A stretch of 64,000 nt of DNA from an uncultured Planctomycetia bacterium. GTDB taxonomy: Bacteria > Omnitrophota > Gorgyraeia > Pluralincolimonadales > Pluralincolimonadaceae. The stretch spans positions 1,944 through 65,943 of the forward strand of contig CAZYUB010000012.1 of assembly GCA_964650515.1 (NCBI GenBank), written 5' to 3'. The notes under the pieces were generated by a model. The model did not search any database. It saw nothing but the letters and a program-made list of their open reading frames with translations, and was not told the DNA's origin. Positions 18,138 to 28,548 of this stretch are shown piece by piece. A program made the translations under genes and the position numbers. Numbering within the stretch: position 1 is the first letter of the stretch; every line of letters begins with the position of its first letter.

Positions 18138-18216
18138 CATTTCCTCGGCATTTCCTTGTTTTAAACCCTCCTATTTGGTAAAATACAGTTAAATTCACCC
18201 CTACTGGAGGATGCAG

Positions 18217-19785
18217 ATGGCCAAGATCAAGAGTGCTCTCATAAGTGTCTCTGATAAAAAAGGCATAGTGGAATTCGCCAAAGGCCTCGAGAAGCTCGGT
18301 ATCGAAATAATATCGACCGGCGGGACGGCCAAGGCCCTTAAAGAAGGCAGGGTAAAGATTAAAGCGATATCCGACGTTACGGGTTTTCCCGAGATGCTCA
18401 GCGGGCGGGTCAAGACGCTGCACCCGAAGATCCACGGCGGCATACTCGCGATACGCGGCGACCGCGGGCATATGGAGCAGGTCAAGAAGCATAAGATAGG
18501 CCTTATAGACATGGTCGTCGTGAACCTCTACCCGTTCGAGGACACGGTACGCGACCCGAAAGTCAAGCTACAGGACGCTATAGAGATGATAGATATCGGC
18601 GGCCCCGCGATGGTACGGTCCGCCGCGAAGAACTACCGCGATGTCGCGATAATCTGCAACCCCGACAGGTACCTTAAGGTCCTGATGGAACTGCAGCAGA
18701 AGGGCTGCTCGTTGTCCGAAGAGACGCTCGAGGCGCTGGCCGTCGAGGCGTTCGGGCATACCGCGAAATACGACGCGGCCATATATACGTTCCTCAGCGC
18801 GAAGTTCGCGAGGACGAAAGAGAAGTTCCCCGAGATACTGCACCTCGTATTCGAGAGGATGCAGGGCCTGCGTTACGGCGAGAATCCCCACCAGAAGGCG
18901 GCCTTCTACGCGGATTCGGTGAAGCCGAGGTTCGGTTTCGGGAACATGAAGCAGCTGCACGGGAAGGAGCTCTCCTTCAACAACCTGCTCGACCTGCAGG
19001 GGGCGATGCAGATAGCGAAGGATTTTTCCGCGCCTACGGCGTGCGTGGTCAAGCATAACTCGCCGTGCGGCGTCGCGTCAGCGCCTAAGCTCGAGCAGGC
19101 GTATAAGGACGCGTTCGCGTGCGATACGCTCTCAGCCTTCGGCGGCATAATAGGGCTGAACAGGAAGGTGGACGCTAAGACGGCGAAGGCGATATCCGAT
19201 TCCGGGTTCATGGAATGCGTGATCGCGCCGGCCTTCGATGAGGGCGCGCTCGCGATACTTAAGGAGAAGAAGAACATCAGGCTTATAGAATATAAGGACG
19301 CAGGCGCAAGGCCCGCGGAGAACGTATACGCGTGCGATGTGAAGAAAGTGGAAGGCGGCCTGCTGCTCCAGGAGCAGGATTCGATCGATGCCTCCGCCGA
19401 AGACCTGAAATCCGTCACTAAGAAGAAGGCGAACGCCGAACAGCTCAGGTCGCTTGTCTTCGCGTGGAAGGTAGCGAAGCACGTCAAGTCCAACGCGATC
19501 GTGATCGCGAAGGGCACGAGGACCGTAGGTATCGGCGGCGGGCAGCCGAGCAGGGTCGACTCGATGAGGATAGCTATAAGGAAGGCGGGTAAGGAAGCCA
19601 GGGGCGCGTGCGCCGCGACCGACGGTTTCTTCCCGAAGCCCGACTCGGTCCAGCTGGCCGGCAAGGCAAAGGTCGCCGCCATAATACAGCCGGGTGGCTC
19701 GATAAAGGACGAGGATTCGTTCAGGGCCGCGGAGAAGGCCGGCATGGCGATGGTCGTTACCGGGATACGCCATTTCAGGCACTGA
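18217..19785 (+). CDS. purH: Bifunctional AICAR transformylase / IMP cyclohydrolase
   Basis: MGS-like N-terminus (ALISVSDKKG...STGGTAK) and AICARFT domain. GGAGG ribosome-binding site; the alternative ATG at 18211 is too close to it. Confidence 0.9.
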   Translation: MAKIKSALISVSDKKGIVEFAKGLEKLGIEIISTGGTAKALKEGRVKIKAISDVTGFPEMLSGRVKTLHPKIHGGILAIRGDRGHMEQVKKHKIGLIDMVVVNLYPFEDTVRDPKVKLQDAIEMIDIGGPAMVRSAAKNYRDVAIICNPDRYLKVLMELQQKGCSLSEETLEALAVEAFGHTAKYDAAIYTFLSAKFARTKEKFPEILHLVFERMQGLRYGENPHQKAAFYADSVKPRFGFGNMKQLHGKELSFNNLLDLQGAMQIAKDFSAPTACVVKHNSPCGVASAPKLEQAYKDAFACDTLSAFGGIIGLNRKVDAKTAKAISDSGFMECVIAPAFDEGALAILKEKKNIRLIEYKDAGARPAENVYACDVKKVEGGLLLQEQDSIDASAEDLKSVTKKKANAEQLRSLVFAWKVAKHVKSNAIVIAKGTRTVGIGGGQPSRVDSMRIAIRKAGKEARGACAATDGFFPKPDSVQLAGKAKVAAIIQPGGSIKDEDSFRAAEKAGMAMVVTGIRHFRH

Positions 19786-19788
19786 TAC

Positions 19789-21141
19789 ATGAATTACCGG
19801 GAAGCGATAAGATACCTCGAATCCTTCATAGATTACGAAAAGCGCAACGATTTCAATTACGCCAGCGCCATAAAACTGGCCAGGGTCCGCGCACTGCTCG
19901 ACGGGCTCGGCAACCCGCAGAAGAATTTCAGGTCCGTCCATATAGCCGGGACGAAGGGGAAGGGCTCGATCTGCGCTTTCGTCTATTCTATGCTGAAGGA
20001 CGGCGGGATAAAAGCAGGCCTTTATACGTCGCCGCACCTGATAGATTTCAAGGAACGCATAAGGATATCCTTCCCGAAGGACAGGACCATAGATGAGGCG
20101 GAGATCGCCGCACTCGTCGCAAGGATAAAGATCTTCCTCGATAATTTCTCGAAGTCATCAAAGTTCGGCCCGCCTTCGTTCTTCGAGGTATACACCGCGC
20201 TCGCGTTCCTTTTCTTCAGCATCAAGAAAACGGACATAGCCGTGATAGAGACGGGGATGGGCGGCAGGCTGGACGCCACGAACGTCATCGACCCGCTCGC
20301 CGTAGGGCTTGCGCCGATAAGCTACGACCATACCGATAAGCTCGGCAAGACGCTGGAATCGATAGCGAAGGAGAAGTGCGGCATAATAAAGGAAGGCGCT
20401 GTTGTCGTTACGACCGAGCAGGACCCGCGCGTGATGGCCGGCATAAAAAAGGCGGCGGCCGACAAGAAAGCCGCGCTCTACGCCGTCGGCAGGGACATAA
20501 CCTGCGAGACGATAGCGGCCGATACGCAGGGGCAGTCGTTCAACGTGCGCGGGCTCCATGCGGAATACGCGCTGCTGAGGACGCCGCTGCTGGGGAAACC
20601 CCAGGCGGCGAACGCCGCCGCGGCGATAGGTATTGTCGAATCGCTGAGGCCGCACGGCATAACGGTCTCCCGGCATAGCATAACGAGCGGTATACGGAAC
20701 GTGAACTGGCCCGGGCGCCTGCAGGTCCTCGGCAGGGAGCCGTGGATCGTCCTCGACGGCGCGCAGAATGAGGCATCAGCCAGGGCGCTCAAAGACGCGG
20801 TCGCTGAGCTTTTCAATTATAAAAAACTTTACCTCGTCTTCGGGGTCTCGTCGGGAAAGGATATCAAAGGGATCGCGGCGAACCTGTTCCCGCAGGCCGA
20901 CAGGATCTTCCTGACGCGGGCCGCGACGCCGCGCGCTATCCTCCCGGAGACGGTAAAGAAAGGCCTGCCGGAATACGAAAAGAAATATACCGCGACGTTG
21001 AATGTCAGGGAAGCGGTGGAACTCGCGCGCAGGGAGGCGACGCCGGGCGATATGGTCCTCGTGACCGGTTCGCTGTTCGTCGTAGGGGAGGCGTTGCAGT
21101 ACCTTGAAAAGAAGGCGGTAAGGATTGAGCAGAAGGGGTAA
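19789..21141 (+). CDS. folC: Folylpolyglutamate synthase / dihydrofolate synthase
   Basis: P-loop HIAGTKGKGS and Mur-ligase family architecture. Confidence 0.85.
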   Translation: MNYREAIRYLESFIDYEKRNDFNYASAIKLARVRALLDGLGNPQKNFRSVHIAGTKGKGSICAFVYSMLKDGGIKAGLYTSPHLIDFKERIRISFPKDRTIDEAEIAALVARIKIFLDNFSKSSKFGPPSFFEVYTALAFLFFSIKKTDIAVIETGMGGRLDATNVIDPLAVGLAPISYDHTDKLGKTLESIAKEKCGIIKEGAVVVTTEQDPRVMAGIKKAAADKKAALYAVGRDITCETIAADTQGQSFNVRGLHAEYALLRTPLLGKPQAANAAAAIGIVESLRPHGITVSRHSITSGIRNVNWPGRLQVLGREPWIVLDGAQNEASARALKDAVAELFNYKKLYLVFGVSSGKDIKGIAANLFPQADRIFLTRAATPRAILPETVKKGLPEYEKKYTATLNVREAVELARREATPGDMVLVTGSLFVVGEALQYLEKKAVRIEQKG

Positions 21142-22516
21142 TATAGGCGCGGAAGACACAATCGCGGCGATATCGACGCCGCCGGGCGAGGGCGCGATAG
21201 GCATAGTGCGCCTCAGCGGCCCCGGCTCCCTGCGGATAACCGATAAGGTCTTCAAGTCCTCGGGAAAAAAACTCCCCTCGGGCTCAGGGCATTTTACAGT
21301 CCGTTACGGGCACATAATTGACGCGTCTGCCGGTATCGTAGATGAGGCGTTGCTGACGGTCATGCGCGCGCCGAAAAGCTACACGAAAGAGGATGTGGCC
21401 GAGATAAGCTGCCACGGCGGGATGGTACCGCTCAGGAAGACGCTGGCGCTCGCGCTTGCCGCGGGGGCGAGATTGGCGGAGCCGGGGGAGTTCACGAAAC
21501 GCGCCTTCCTGAACGGCAGGATAGACCTCGCCCAGGCCGAAGCCGTGCTCGACGTCATAAGGTCCAAGACCGACGAGTCGCTCGCGCTGGCGCTCGGGCA
21601 GCTCGACGGACGGCTCTCATCCGCAATGAAAGAGATAAAGGAGGGCCTCGTATCGGTATCGGCGGGCGTAGAAGCGTCGATAGATTTCCCGGAAGAGGAC
21701 AGCGAGATAATATCCGAAGCCGGGGCGAAAGGCCGCCTTGAGGCGATCGCCGCTCGCCTCGAGTCCCTGGCAGGGACTGCCGACAGGGGGATAATAATGA
21801 GGGAGGGCATATCCTGCGTGATATGCGGCAGGCCGAACGTCGGCAAATCGAGCCTGCTGAACGCGCTCCTACGGAATGACAGGGCCATAGTTACGCACAT
21901 CCCCGGCACGACGAGGGACATCATAGAGGAGTATGCCGATATAGGCGGCATACCGTTCCGCCTCATCGATACGGCGGGAATAACCCCGACCGAGGATATC
22001 GTCGAGAGGGAAGGGGTGCTCCGGAGCCGCGCGCGCATGGAAAGCTCAGGCCTCATACTGCTCGTGATCGACGGCAGCGAGGCGGTCTCGGCGGAAGACA
22101 GGATACTGATAGATGAGACGGAAGGCCGCGCGCGCATAATAGTCATAAACAAGTCGGACCTGCCCAGGAAGCATGGCGCATCGGGATTCCCGGGTAAGGT
22201 TGCCGTAGAGATATCAGCGAAGGAAGGGAAAGGCCTGGACAGCCTGAGGGACGCCATGGCGGGCGCCGTCCTAGGCGGAAAGGTAACGGCCCGGGCTGAG
22301 CCGGCCGCCGTAACGAACCTGCGGCAGAAGGAAGCCGTGAAGGCGGCGCTGGCGTCAGTGAAAGCGGCTATAAAGGCCGTGGACGCAAAACTGCCGCCCG
22401 AGCTCATAGCGGTGGAGATAAACGATTCACTAAGCCATATCGGGGAGATAGTCGGCGAGACCGTTACCGACGAGGTCCTCGACAGGATATTCTCGAAGTT
22501 CTGCATCGGAAAATAA
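21125..22516 (+). CDS. mnmE: tRNA modification GTPase MnmE (TrmE)
   Basis: G-domain GRPNVGKSSLLN and TRD, with the C-terminal CIGK motif. The only in-frame start is TTG 21125, overlapping folC by 17 nt. Confidence 0.85.
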   Translation: MSRRGNIGAEDTIAAISTPPGEGAIGIVRLSGPGSLRITDKVFKSSGKKLPSGSGHFTVRYGHIIDASAGIVDEALLTVMRAPKSYTKEDVAEISCHGGMVPLRKTLALALAAGARLAEPGEFTKRAFLNGRIDLAQAEAVLDVIRSKTDESLALALGQLDGRLSSAMKEIKEGLVSVSAGVEASIDFPEEDSEIISEAGAKGRLEAIAARLESLAGTADRGIIMREGISCVICGRPNVGKSSLLNALLRNDRAIVTHIPGTTRDIIEEYADIGGIPFRLIDTAGITPTEDIVEREGVLRSRARMESSGLILLVIDGSEAVSAEDRILIDETEGRARIIVINKSDLPRKHGASGFPGKVAVEISAKEGKGLDSLRDAMAGAVLGGKVTARAEPAAVTNLRQKEAVKAALASVKAAIKAVDAKLPPELIAVEINDSLSHIGEIVGETVTDEVLDRIFSKFCIGK

Positions 22517-22528
22517 AGGAGATACCGG

Positions 22529-23089
22529 ATGGACAGGAATAAGATAATGAAGGCGGTCACGATGATACTCGAGGCGATCGGCGAGGACCCGAAACGCAGG
22601 GACCTGCTCGAGACCCCGCGCCGCGTCGCCGAGATGTACGAGGAGATCTTTTCCGGGGTAAAATCTGACCCGGCGAAGGAACTTGAGGTCGTCCTCGACC
22701 AGAAACACGAGGAGATAATACTGCTGAAGGGCATACCGCTCTACTCGGTCTGCGAGCACCACCTGCTGCCGTTCCTCGGAAAGGCGCATATCGCCTACAT
22801 ACCCAAAGAAGGCAGGGTCACGGGCTTAAGCAAGCTCGGCAGGGCGATAGATATCCTCGCGAAGAGGCCGCAGATCCAGGAGAGGCTGACCACACAGATC
22901 GCCGAGGTCATAATGAAGGAGCTCAAGCCGCGCGGCTGCATGGTAGTAATAGAGGCCGAACACCTCTGCATGTCTATGAGGGGGCTCAAGAAGCCGGGGA
23001 TCTCGACGGTAACGAGCGCGGTCAGGGGTGTCTTCCGCACGAACGAGAAGACCCGCGCCGAGACGCTCGCGCTGATCAGGCCGTCCTAA
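22529..23089 (+). CDS. folE: GTP cyclohydrolase I
   Basis: 186 aa, [10 protein letters not shown] active-site block. Confidence 0.9.
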   Translation: MDRNKIMKAVTMILEAIGEDPKRRDLLETPRRVAEMYEEIFSGVKSDPAKELEVVLDQKHEEIILLKGIPLYSVCEHHLLPFLGKAHIAYIPKEGRVTGLSKLGRAIDILAKRPQIQERLTTQIAEVIMKELKPRGCMVVIEAEHLCMSMRGLKKPGISTVTSAVRGVFRTNEKTRAETLALIRPS

Positions 23090-23134
23090 AAAGTAATATC
23101 CAATAGGCGTAAAATATAGTATAATAACCGCAAA

Positions 23135-23584
23135 ATGGAAAACTCACTATTCGCGGTATTCCAGAACAAGGTCTTCATAGCGACGGTCCTTAGCTGGGTG
23201 ACCGCGCAGTCCCTTAAGATAATAATCAATACCGTAAAAGAGAAGAGGTTCAACTTCAGGTGGTTCGTGGGCACCGGCGGCATGCCGAGCGCCCATTCCG
23301 CCGGGGCGATGGCCCTGGCCACGTCCGTCGGCATCCAGGAGGGCTTCGGCTCGACGATATTCATCGCTACGCTCGTATTCGCGATGGTCATAGCGTTTGA
23401 CGCGCAGGGCGTAAGGCGCTCGACGGGCCAGCAGGCCGAGATCCTCAACAAGATAATGGATGACATATACTGGGGAAGGAAGATACGGGAAGACAGGCTG
23501 AAGGAACTCATCGGGCATACGCCGTTCCAGGTCTTCGTCGGGTCGTTCCTCGGGATAATAATCGCTACGCTTGTCATGGTATAA
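23135..23584 (+). CDS. Divergent PAP2-family membrane protein (DUF212-like)
   Basis: 149 aa with a GMPSAHSA motif. Confidence 0.55.
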   Translation: MENSLFAVFQNKVFIATVLSWVTAQSLKIIINTVKEKRFNFRWFVGTGGMPSAHSAGAMALATSVGIQEGFGSTIFIATLVFAMVIAFDAQGVRRSTGQQAEILNKIMDDIYWGRKIREDRLKELIGHTPFQVFVGSFLGIIIATLVMV

Positions 23585-23603
23585 AAGGGGAGATACGCAA
23601 AAG

Positions 23604-24506
23604 ATGAAATACAGGGCATATGTTCCGGTAATATTGGCGGTCATCGCGGTAGCGGCGCTCGCGGCCTTCGTGCTGCCTAAGCTGTCGCTCGGGTCGAAGG
23701 AAGGCGCGATGGTCGGCGCCGCAAGGTCCCTCGACAAGGAAGGCAAGACCGAAGAGGCGATAAAGGAACTCGAGAAGGCAGTCGCGGAATATCCGGAGAG
23801 CAGGCAGGCCGGCGAAGCGCTGGTGCTGATGGGCTCTTTCTACGAGAAGCAGGGAAAGCTCGTCGAGGCGCGCGATTCGTTCAGGAAGGCATACGAGACA
23901 TATCCCGAAGCGAATATAGTCAGGGAGGCGAAACCGAAGGCCGAGGAGCTGAACATGAGGATACTCTTCTCGCCTTACCTCGACAGCTACAGCAAGGAAT
24001 ACACCGTGCAGGCGGGTGACTCGCTCGCGAAGATCGCGAAGGTCTTCGGGACGACCGTCGACCTGCTCAGGAAGTCGAACAACATCAGCGGCAACACGAT
24101 AAGGCAGGGGCAGCGGCTGAAGGTAGTCACGGTGAAGTTCAGCGTCGTCGTCGACAAATCCCAGAACCTGCTGATGCTTAAACAGAACGACGATGTCATA
24201 AAAGCATATAAGGTGTCTACCGGCACCAATAACTGCACGCCTGTAGGTACGTTCAAGATAACGACGAAACTGGTCGATCCCGTGTGGTATAAGGATGGCG
24301 CCGCCGTCCCGCCCGGCAGCCCCGAGAATATCCTCGGAACGCGCTGGATGGGCCTTAGCAAGGAAGGTTACGGCATACACGGCACGACCGAACCCGGGTC
24401 TCTCGGGAAGCAGGCCACGGCGGGCTGCGTAAGGATGCTTAACGCGGAAGTCGAGGAGCTTTACGGCATCCTCCCGGAAGGCACCGAAGTCACGATAATA
24501 GACTGA
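23604..24506 (+). CDS. LysM-domain L,D-transpeptidase (YkuD family)
   Basis: Signal/TM anchor, LysM ([14 protein letters not shown]...) and catalytic [20 protein letters not shown] with Cys. The track's start at 23571 is TTG. Confidence 0.8.
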   Translation: MKYRAYVPVILAVIAVAALAAFVLPKLSLGSKEGAMVGAARSLDKEGKTEEAIKELEKAVAEYPESRQAGEALVLMGSFYEKQGKLVEARDSFRKAYETYPEANIVREAKPKAEELNMRILFSPYLDSYSKEYTVQAGDSLAKIAKVFGTTVDLLRKSNNISGNTIRQGQRLKVVTVKFSVVVDKSQNLLMLKQNDDVIKAYKVSTGTNNCTPVGTFKITTKLVDPVWYKDGAAVPPGSPENILGTRWMGLSKEGYGIHGTTEPGSLGKQATAGCVRMLNAEVEELYGILPEGTEVTIID

Positions 24507-24516
24507 TGCCAAGAAT

Positions 24517-25476
24517 ATGAACGGAACCGGACTGGATTTCGAAAAACCCATCCTTGAGCTCGAGCGCAAGATCGAAGAGCTCAAGAAATTCACTTCTTCG
24601 GAGAACATCGACCTGTCCTCCGAGATCAAGAAGCTCGAGGACAAGCTCGATAAGGTCAAGCGCGAGGTCTTCGAGTCACTGAGCCCGTGGCAGAGGGTCC
24701 AGATCGCGCGCCATCCGAAGAGGCCCTACACGCTCGATTACATTAACCTCATGATGACGGATTTCTGCGAGGTGCACGGCGACAGGGTCTTCGGCGATGA
24801 CAAGGCGCTTATCTGCGGGTTCGCGAAGATCGACGGGCAGAAGGTCGTCGTGATGGGGCACCAGAAGGGCCGCGACACCAAAGAGAACCTTATGAGGAAT
24901 TTCGGTTCGGCGCATCCCGAGGGATACAGGAAGGCGATGCGCGTGATGTATATGGGAGAGAAGTTCAAGCTCCCGATAGTGGTATTCATAGACACTCCCG
25001 GGGCGTATCCCGGGATTGGCGCCGAGGAGAGGGGGCAGGCGGAGGCGATCGCGTTGAACCTGATGGAGATGGCCAGGCTCAAGGTGCCGATCGTCTGCTA
25101 TATAATAGGTGAGGGCGGTTCCGGCGGTGCCTTGGGGGTGGGCATCGGCGACAGGATCTGCGTCCTCGAGAACGCCTATTACTCCGTCATTTCCCCGGAG
25201 GGCTGCGCCGCGATACTCTGGAAGGACAGGACGCGCGCTCCCGACGCCGCGAAAGCTCTGAAGCTCACCGCGCAGGACCTTTTTGACCTTGGGCTTATAG
25301 ACGAGGTCGTGCGTGAGCCGCTTGGCGGCGCGCACCGCGACCCGGCCAGGATAGCCGAGACGATCAAGGAATCTGTAAAAAAGCACCTTAAGGAGCTTTT
25401 TGCCATGCAGCCCGCGGACCTTGTAGAGGCGAGATACGAGAAGTACAGGAAAATAGGAGCGTTCTCAACGGAATGA
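24517..25476 (+). CDS. accA: Acetyl-CoA carboxylase carboxyltransferase alpha subunit
   Basis: 319 aa, [21 protein letters not shown], typical AccA. Confidence 0.9.
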   Translation: MNGTGLDFEKPILELERKIEELKKFTSSENIDLSSEIKKLEDKLDKVKREVFESLSPWQRVQIARHPKRPYTLDYINLMMTDFCEVHGDRVFGDDKALICGFAKIDGQKVVVMGHQKGRDTKENLMRNFGSAHPEGYRKAMRVMYMGEKFKLPIVVFIDTPGAYPGIGAEERGQAEAIALNLMEMARLKVPIVCYIIGEGGSGGALGVGIGDRICVLENAYYSVISPEGCAAILWKDRTRAPDAAKALKLTAQDLFDLGLIDEVVREPLGGAHRDPARIAETIKESVKKHLKELFAMQPADLVEARYEKYRKIGAFSTE

Positions 25477-25913
25477 ACGACCTCGAATTCGATATACCAA
25501 GCGACCCCAAACACATAAAGGATGCATCCGCTAAAGTACTTGGCCACCTCAAAGGGCTTAAGCTCGCGAAGGAGATGGTCTTCGACATAAGGCTCTGCCT
25601 CGAGGAGGCGGTCATAAACGCTATCAAATACGGGAACAAGCTCGAAAAGGCGGTCCCGGTCACCATAGGTTTGCGTTATTCCGGAGGTAAACTCGAGATA
25701 ACGGTGAAGGATTACGGCAAAGGATTCGAGTATTGCGAGATACCCGACCCGCGTTCCGAGAAGAACATACTGAAACACGGCGGAAGGGGCCTTTTCCTTA
25801 TTAGGAACCTCATGGACGAAGTCAAATTTAATGATAGCGGAAACGAGATAAAAATGATAAAATTCATTAGCGGAGGGAAATCCCATGGTGGTAAAAGAGA
25901 AGAATGTAGGTGA
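25473..25913 (+). CDS. Anti-sigma regulatory factor / Ser protein kinase (RsbW/SpoIIAB-like HATPase)
   Basis: 146 aa; E..NAIKYGN N-box and [15 protein letters not shown]-box; ATGA overlap with accA. Confidence 0.7.
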   Translation: MNDLEFDIPSDPKHIKDASAKVLGHLKGLKLAKEMVFDIRLCLEEAVINAIKYGNKLEKAVPVTIGLRYSGGKLEITVKDYGKGFEYCEIPDPRSEKNILKHGGRGLFLIRNLMDEVKFNDSGNEIKMIKFISGGKSHGGKREECR

Positions 25914-26217
25914 CGCCGTAGTCCTCGTCGTCGACGGGGAGATAAATTTCAACTCGTCGCCGGATTTCAGGAAAGCGTTCCTGAAAGTGCTAGAGGCGAA
26001 GTCGGCAAAGGTGGTGGTCAACCTTGCCAACGTCGCGTATGTGGATTCATCCGGCCTCGCGACGCTCGTGGAAGCCCACCAGAAGGTCAAAAGCTCCGGC
26101 GGAAGGTTAAAGCTCGCGAACCTGTCGGCGAAGGTAAAGAGCCTTTTCGAGATAACGAAGCTGGAAAAACTTTTCGATATACAACCGACCGAAGAAGAAG
26201 CGGTAAAGTCGTTCTAA
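25885..26217 (+). CDS. Anti-sigma factor antagonist (STAS domain, RsbV/SpoIIAA-like)
   Basis: 110 aa with the conserved phosphorylatable DSSGLATLV block. GGAGGG ribosome-binding site. Overlaps the kinase gene by 29 nt. Confidence 0.75.
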   Translation: MVVKEKNVGDAVVLVVDGEINFNSSPDFRKAFLKVLEAKSAKVVVNLANVAYVDSSGLATLVEAHQKVKSSGGRLKLANLSAKVKSLFEITKLEKLFDIQPTEEEAVKSF

Positions 26218-26233
26218 CACAACAGAGGCGGGT

Positions 26234-27028
26234 ATGAATATATTTCAGGCCATAGGCAGGACAACCCTCAACGCGGGCGCGGCCATCTGGGACGTGTTCG
26301 CGTTGTTCTTTAGGACGCTGTACTGGCTCTTCTACGCTCCGATAAGGGGCAAGTTCATCGGAAGGCATTATATATTCGCGCAGATGGTCTTTGCGGGAGT
26401 CCAATCGCTGCTGATCGTCTTCTTCGTGGCGTTATTCATAGGAATGGTCCTCGCGATGCAGGGCGCCTACCAGCTCGACCAGCTCGGAGCGGTCAGGTTC
26501 GTCGCGGCGCTCATAAGCGTTTCGATGTGCCGCGAGATCGGGCCGGTCCTCATAGCGCTCGTCGTCGCGGGAAGGGTCGGTTCGGCGATAGCCGCGGAGC
26601 TCGGCACTATGAAGGTCACCGAGCAGATAGAGGCGCTCGAGACGATGGCGCTGAACCCTATAAGGTTTTTAGTCGTGCCGAGGTTCCTTGCGCTGATAGT
26701 GATGCTGCCGGCGCTTACGATAATGGGAGACCTCGTCGGCATGTTCGGCGGTTATCTCGTAGGCGTCTATAACCTCGACATCACCCCCGGGCTGTATATC
26801 AAGACGAATTTCGATTTTCTCGTCCTTAAGGACGTAATGACGGGCCTTTTGAAGAGTTTTGTATTCGGCATGATAATAGCGATGATAGGATGCTATATGG
26901 GGCTCAATACCAAGGGCGGCGCGGAAGGCGTCGGGCGCTCTACGACGATGAGCGTGGTCGTGAGCTTCATACTTATAATACTGTCGGACGCGATATTAAC
27001 CGGAATATTCTATTTCTCGAATGTCTAA
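26234..27028 (+). CDS. mlaE: Mla/Ttg2 ABC transporter permease
   Basis: 264 aa, about 5 TM. Confidence 0.85.
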   Translation: MNIFQAIGRTTLNAGAAIWDVFALFFRTLYWLFYAPIRGKFIGRHYIFAQMVFAGVQSLLIVFFVALFIGMVLAMQGAYQLDQLGAVRFVAALISVSMCREIGPVLIALVVAGRVGSAIAAELGTMKVTEQIEALETMALNPIRFLVVPRFLALIVMLPALTIMGDLVGMFGGYLVGVYNLDITPGLYIKTNFDFLVLKDVMTGLLKSFVFGMIIAMIGCYMGLNTKGGAEGVGRSTTMSVVVSFILIILSDAILTGIFYFSNV

Positions 27029-27836
27029 AACAATGGAAGAAAAAAAAGAAGCCGTAATAAAGATCGAGAACCTCGAGAAACAGTTCGGGGGCCGCAAGGT
27101 CCTCGACGGGATAAACCTCGACGTCTATAAGAGCGAGACGCTCGTTATCGTCGGCGGCTCCGGTTGCGGCAAGTCCACGCTGCTGCGCCACATAATCGGG
27201 CAGCTTAAGCCGGATAAGGGCAGGGTGTCCATTTTCGGCAAGGATATCACGAAGGCGAACGAGGAAGAGATGGACAGCATAAAGAAGAGGTTCGGGATGC
27301 TCTTCCAGTCCGCGGCCCTCTTTGATTCCCTTACGGTGGAGGAGAATATAGCGCTCCCGATGAGGGAACATACGAAACTCGACGACCATATCATAAAGAT
27401 CATGGTCAAGATGAAATTGAACCAGGTCGGCCTGCGCGGTTTCGGCCACCTGAGCACTTCGCAACTTTCCGGAGGCATGAAGAAGCGTGTCGGCCTCGCG
27501 CGCGCTATCGCGCTGGACCCGGAGATAATATTCTATGACGAGCCATCCGCGGGGCTTGACCCGGTAGTGACCGCAGTCGTGGATAAGCTGATACTCGACC
27601 TGTCTTCGGCGCTCTCGATAACATCGGTCGTAGTAACACATGACATGAATTCGGTCTTCAGGATAGCCGACAGGATAGTCATGTTATATAAGGGGAAGGT
27701 CCTGCAGATAGGGACAAAGGACGAGATAAGGAACTCAAAGAACGAATACATACAGCAGTTCATAAACGGCTCTATCGAAGGGCCGATGCAGTTCTTCGCG
27801 CCTGACGAGGGTTACCTCGAAGAGCTGACAAAATAA
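27021..27836 (+). CDS. mlaF: Mla ABC transporter ATP-binding protein
   Basis: Walker A GGSGCGKST and signature LSGGMKKRVGLARA. Confidence 0.85.
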   Translation: MSKTMEEKKEAVIKIENLEKQFGGRKVLDGINLDVYKSETLVIVGGSGCGKSTLLRHIIGQLKPDKGRVSIFGKDITKANEEEMDSIKKRFGMLFQSAALFDSLTVEENIALPMREHTKLDDHIIKIMVKMKLNQVGLRGFGHLSTSQLSGGMKKRVGLARAIALDPEIIFYDEPSAGLDPVVTAVVDKLILDLSSALSITSVVVTHDMNSVFRIADRIVMLYKGKVLQIGTKDEIRNSKNEYIQQFINGSIEGPMQFFAPDEGYLEELTK

Positions 27837-27849
27837 AAGGAGTCATGGC

Positions 27850-28518
27850 ATGCTAAAGATCAATAATGAGATAAAGACAGGGGTCGTCGTCGTGGCCGCA
27901 GCGCTCGTGTTCCTTTATATCTTCACGGCTATGGGCGCCGGCGGGAAGAAAGGGCCCAACGATTACAAACTGCAGGTTGTTTTCAATTATGTCAGCGGCC
28001 TCGAGGATAAGTCACCCGTAAAGCTTGCCGGCGTCGAAGTCGGCGAAGTGGAGAAGGTCGTCCACTCGTATGCCGACGACCAGACGAAAGTCATGGTCAC
28101 GCTGAACCTGCGCGGCGACGCAAAGGTACGCGAGGATTCGAAAGTCAAGATCAGTACCACGGGCCTTATCGGTGAAAAATATATCGAGATAACCGGCGGA
28201 TCCAAGGGTTCGCCCTTCGTAGCCAAAGGGTCCACGCTCGAAGGCGTGGACCTCTACGAGATGGATGAACTCATAGCCAGGGTGGATTCGACCATGCGTG
28301 ACCTCCAGAAGCTCATGGGCCATGCCGATGACCTGCTGGTTGACAACAAAGATGATATCAGGGCGACGATAATGAACCTGAAGGATTCCTCGGAGAACCT
28401 CAAGGAGTTCAGCGACGACGTCAAGCGCAACCCGTGGAAACTGCTGATGAAGGGCAAAGATACCCCGAAGGACGCCCCGAAGGACGGCGCCGTAAAGGGG
28501 AAGAAGACAAATTTTTAG
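27850..28518 (+). CDS. mlaD: MCE-family periplasmic substrate-binding protein
   Basis: N-terminal TM anchor followed by an MCE domain (VKLAGVEVGEV...). Confidence 0.8.
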   Translation: MLKINNEIKTGVVVVAAALVFLYIFTAMGAGGKKGPNDYKLQVVFNYVSGLEDKSPVKLAGVEVGEVEKVVHSYADDQTKVMVTLNLRGDAKVREDSKVKISTTGLIGEKYIEITGGSKGSPFVAKGSTLEGVDLYEMDELIARVDSTMRDLQKLMGHADDLLVDNKDDIRATIMNLKDSSENLKEFSDDVKRNPWKLLMKGKDTPKDAPKDGAVKGKKTNF

Positions 28519-28548
28519 CGCGCCGCCAAAGGAAAACAGGAGCGAAAG

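Noticed and set aside
21379-22734. 451-aa minus ORF opposite mnmE (also 19132..20037 - and 18906..19790 - opposite purH/folC, 23574..24659 - opposite the LD-transpeptidase, 50148..51440 - opposite queE/fumA)
   Set aside because: All lie antisense to confidently assigned genes and have Ser/Ala/Arg-rich composition without motifs, as expected for GC-rich antisense frames.
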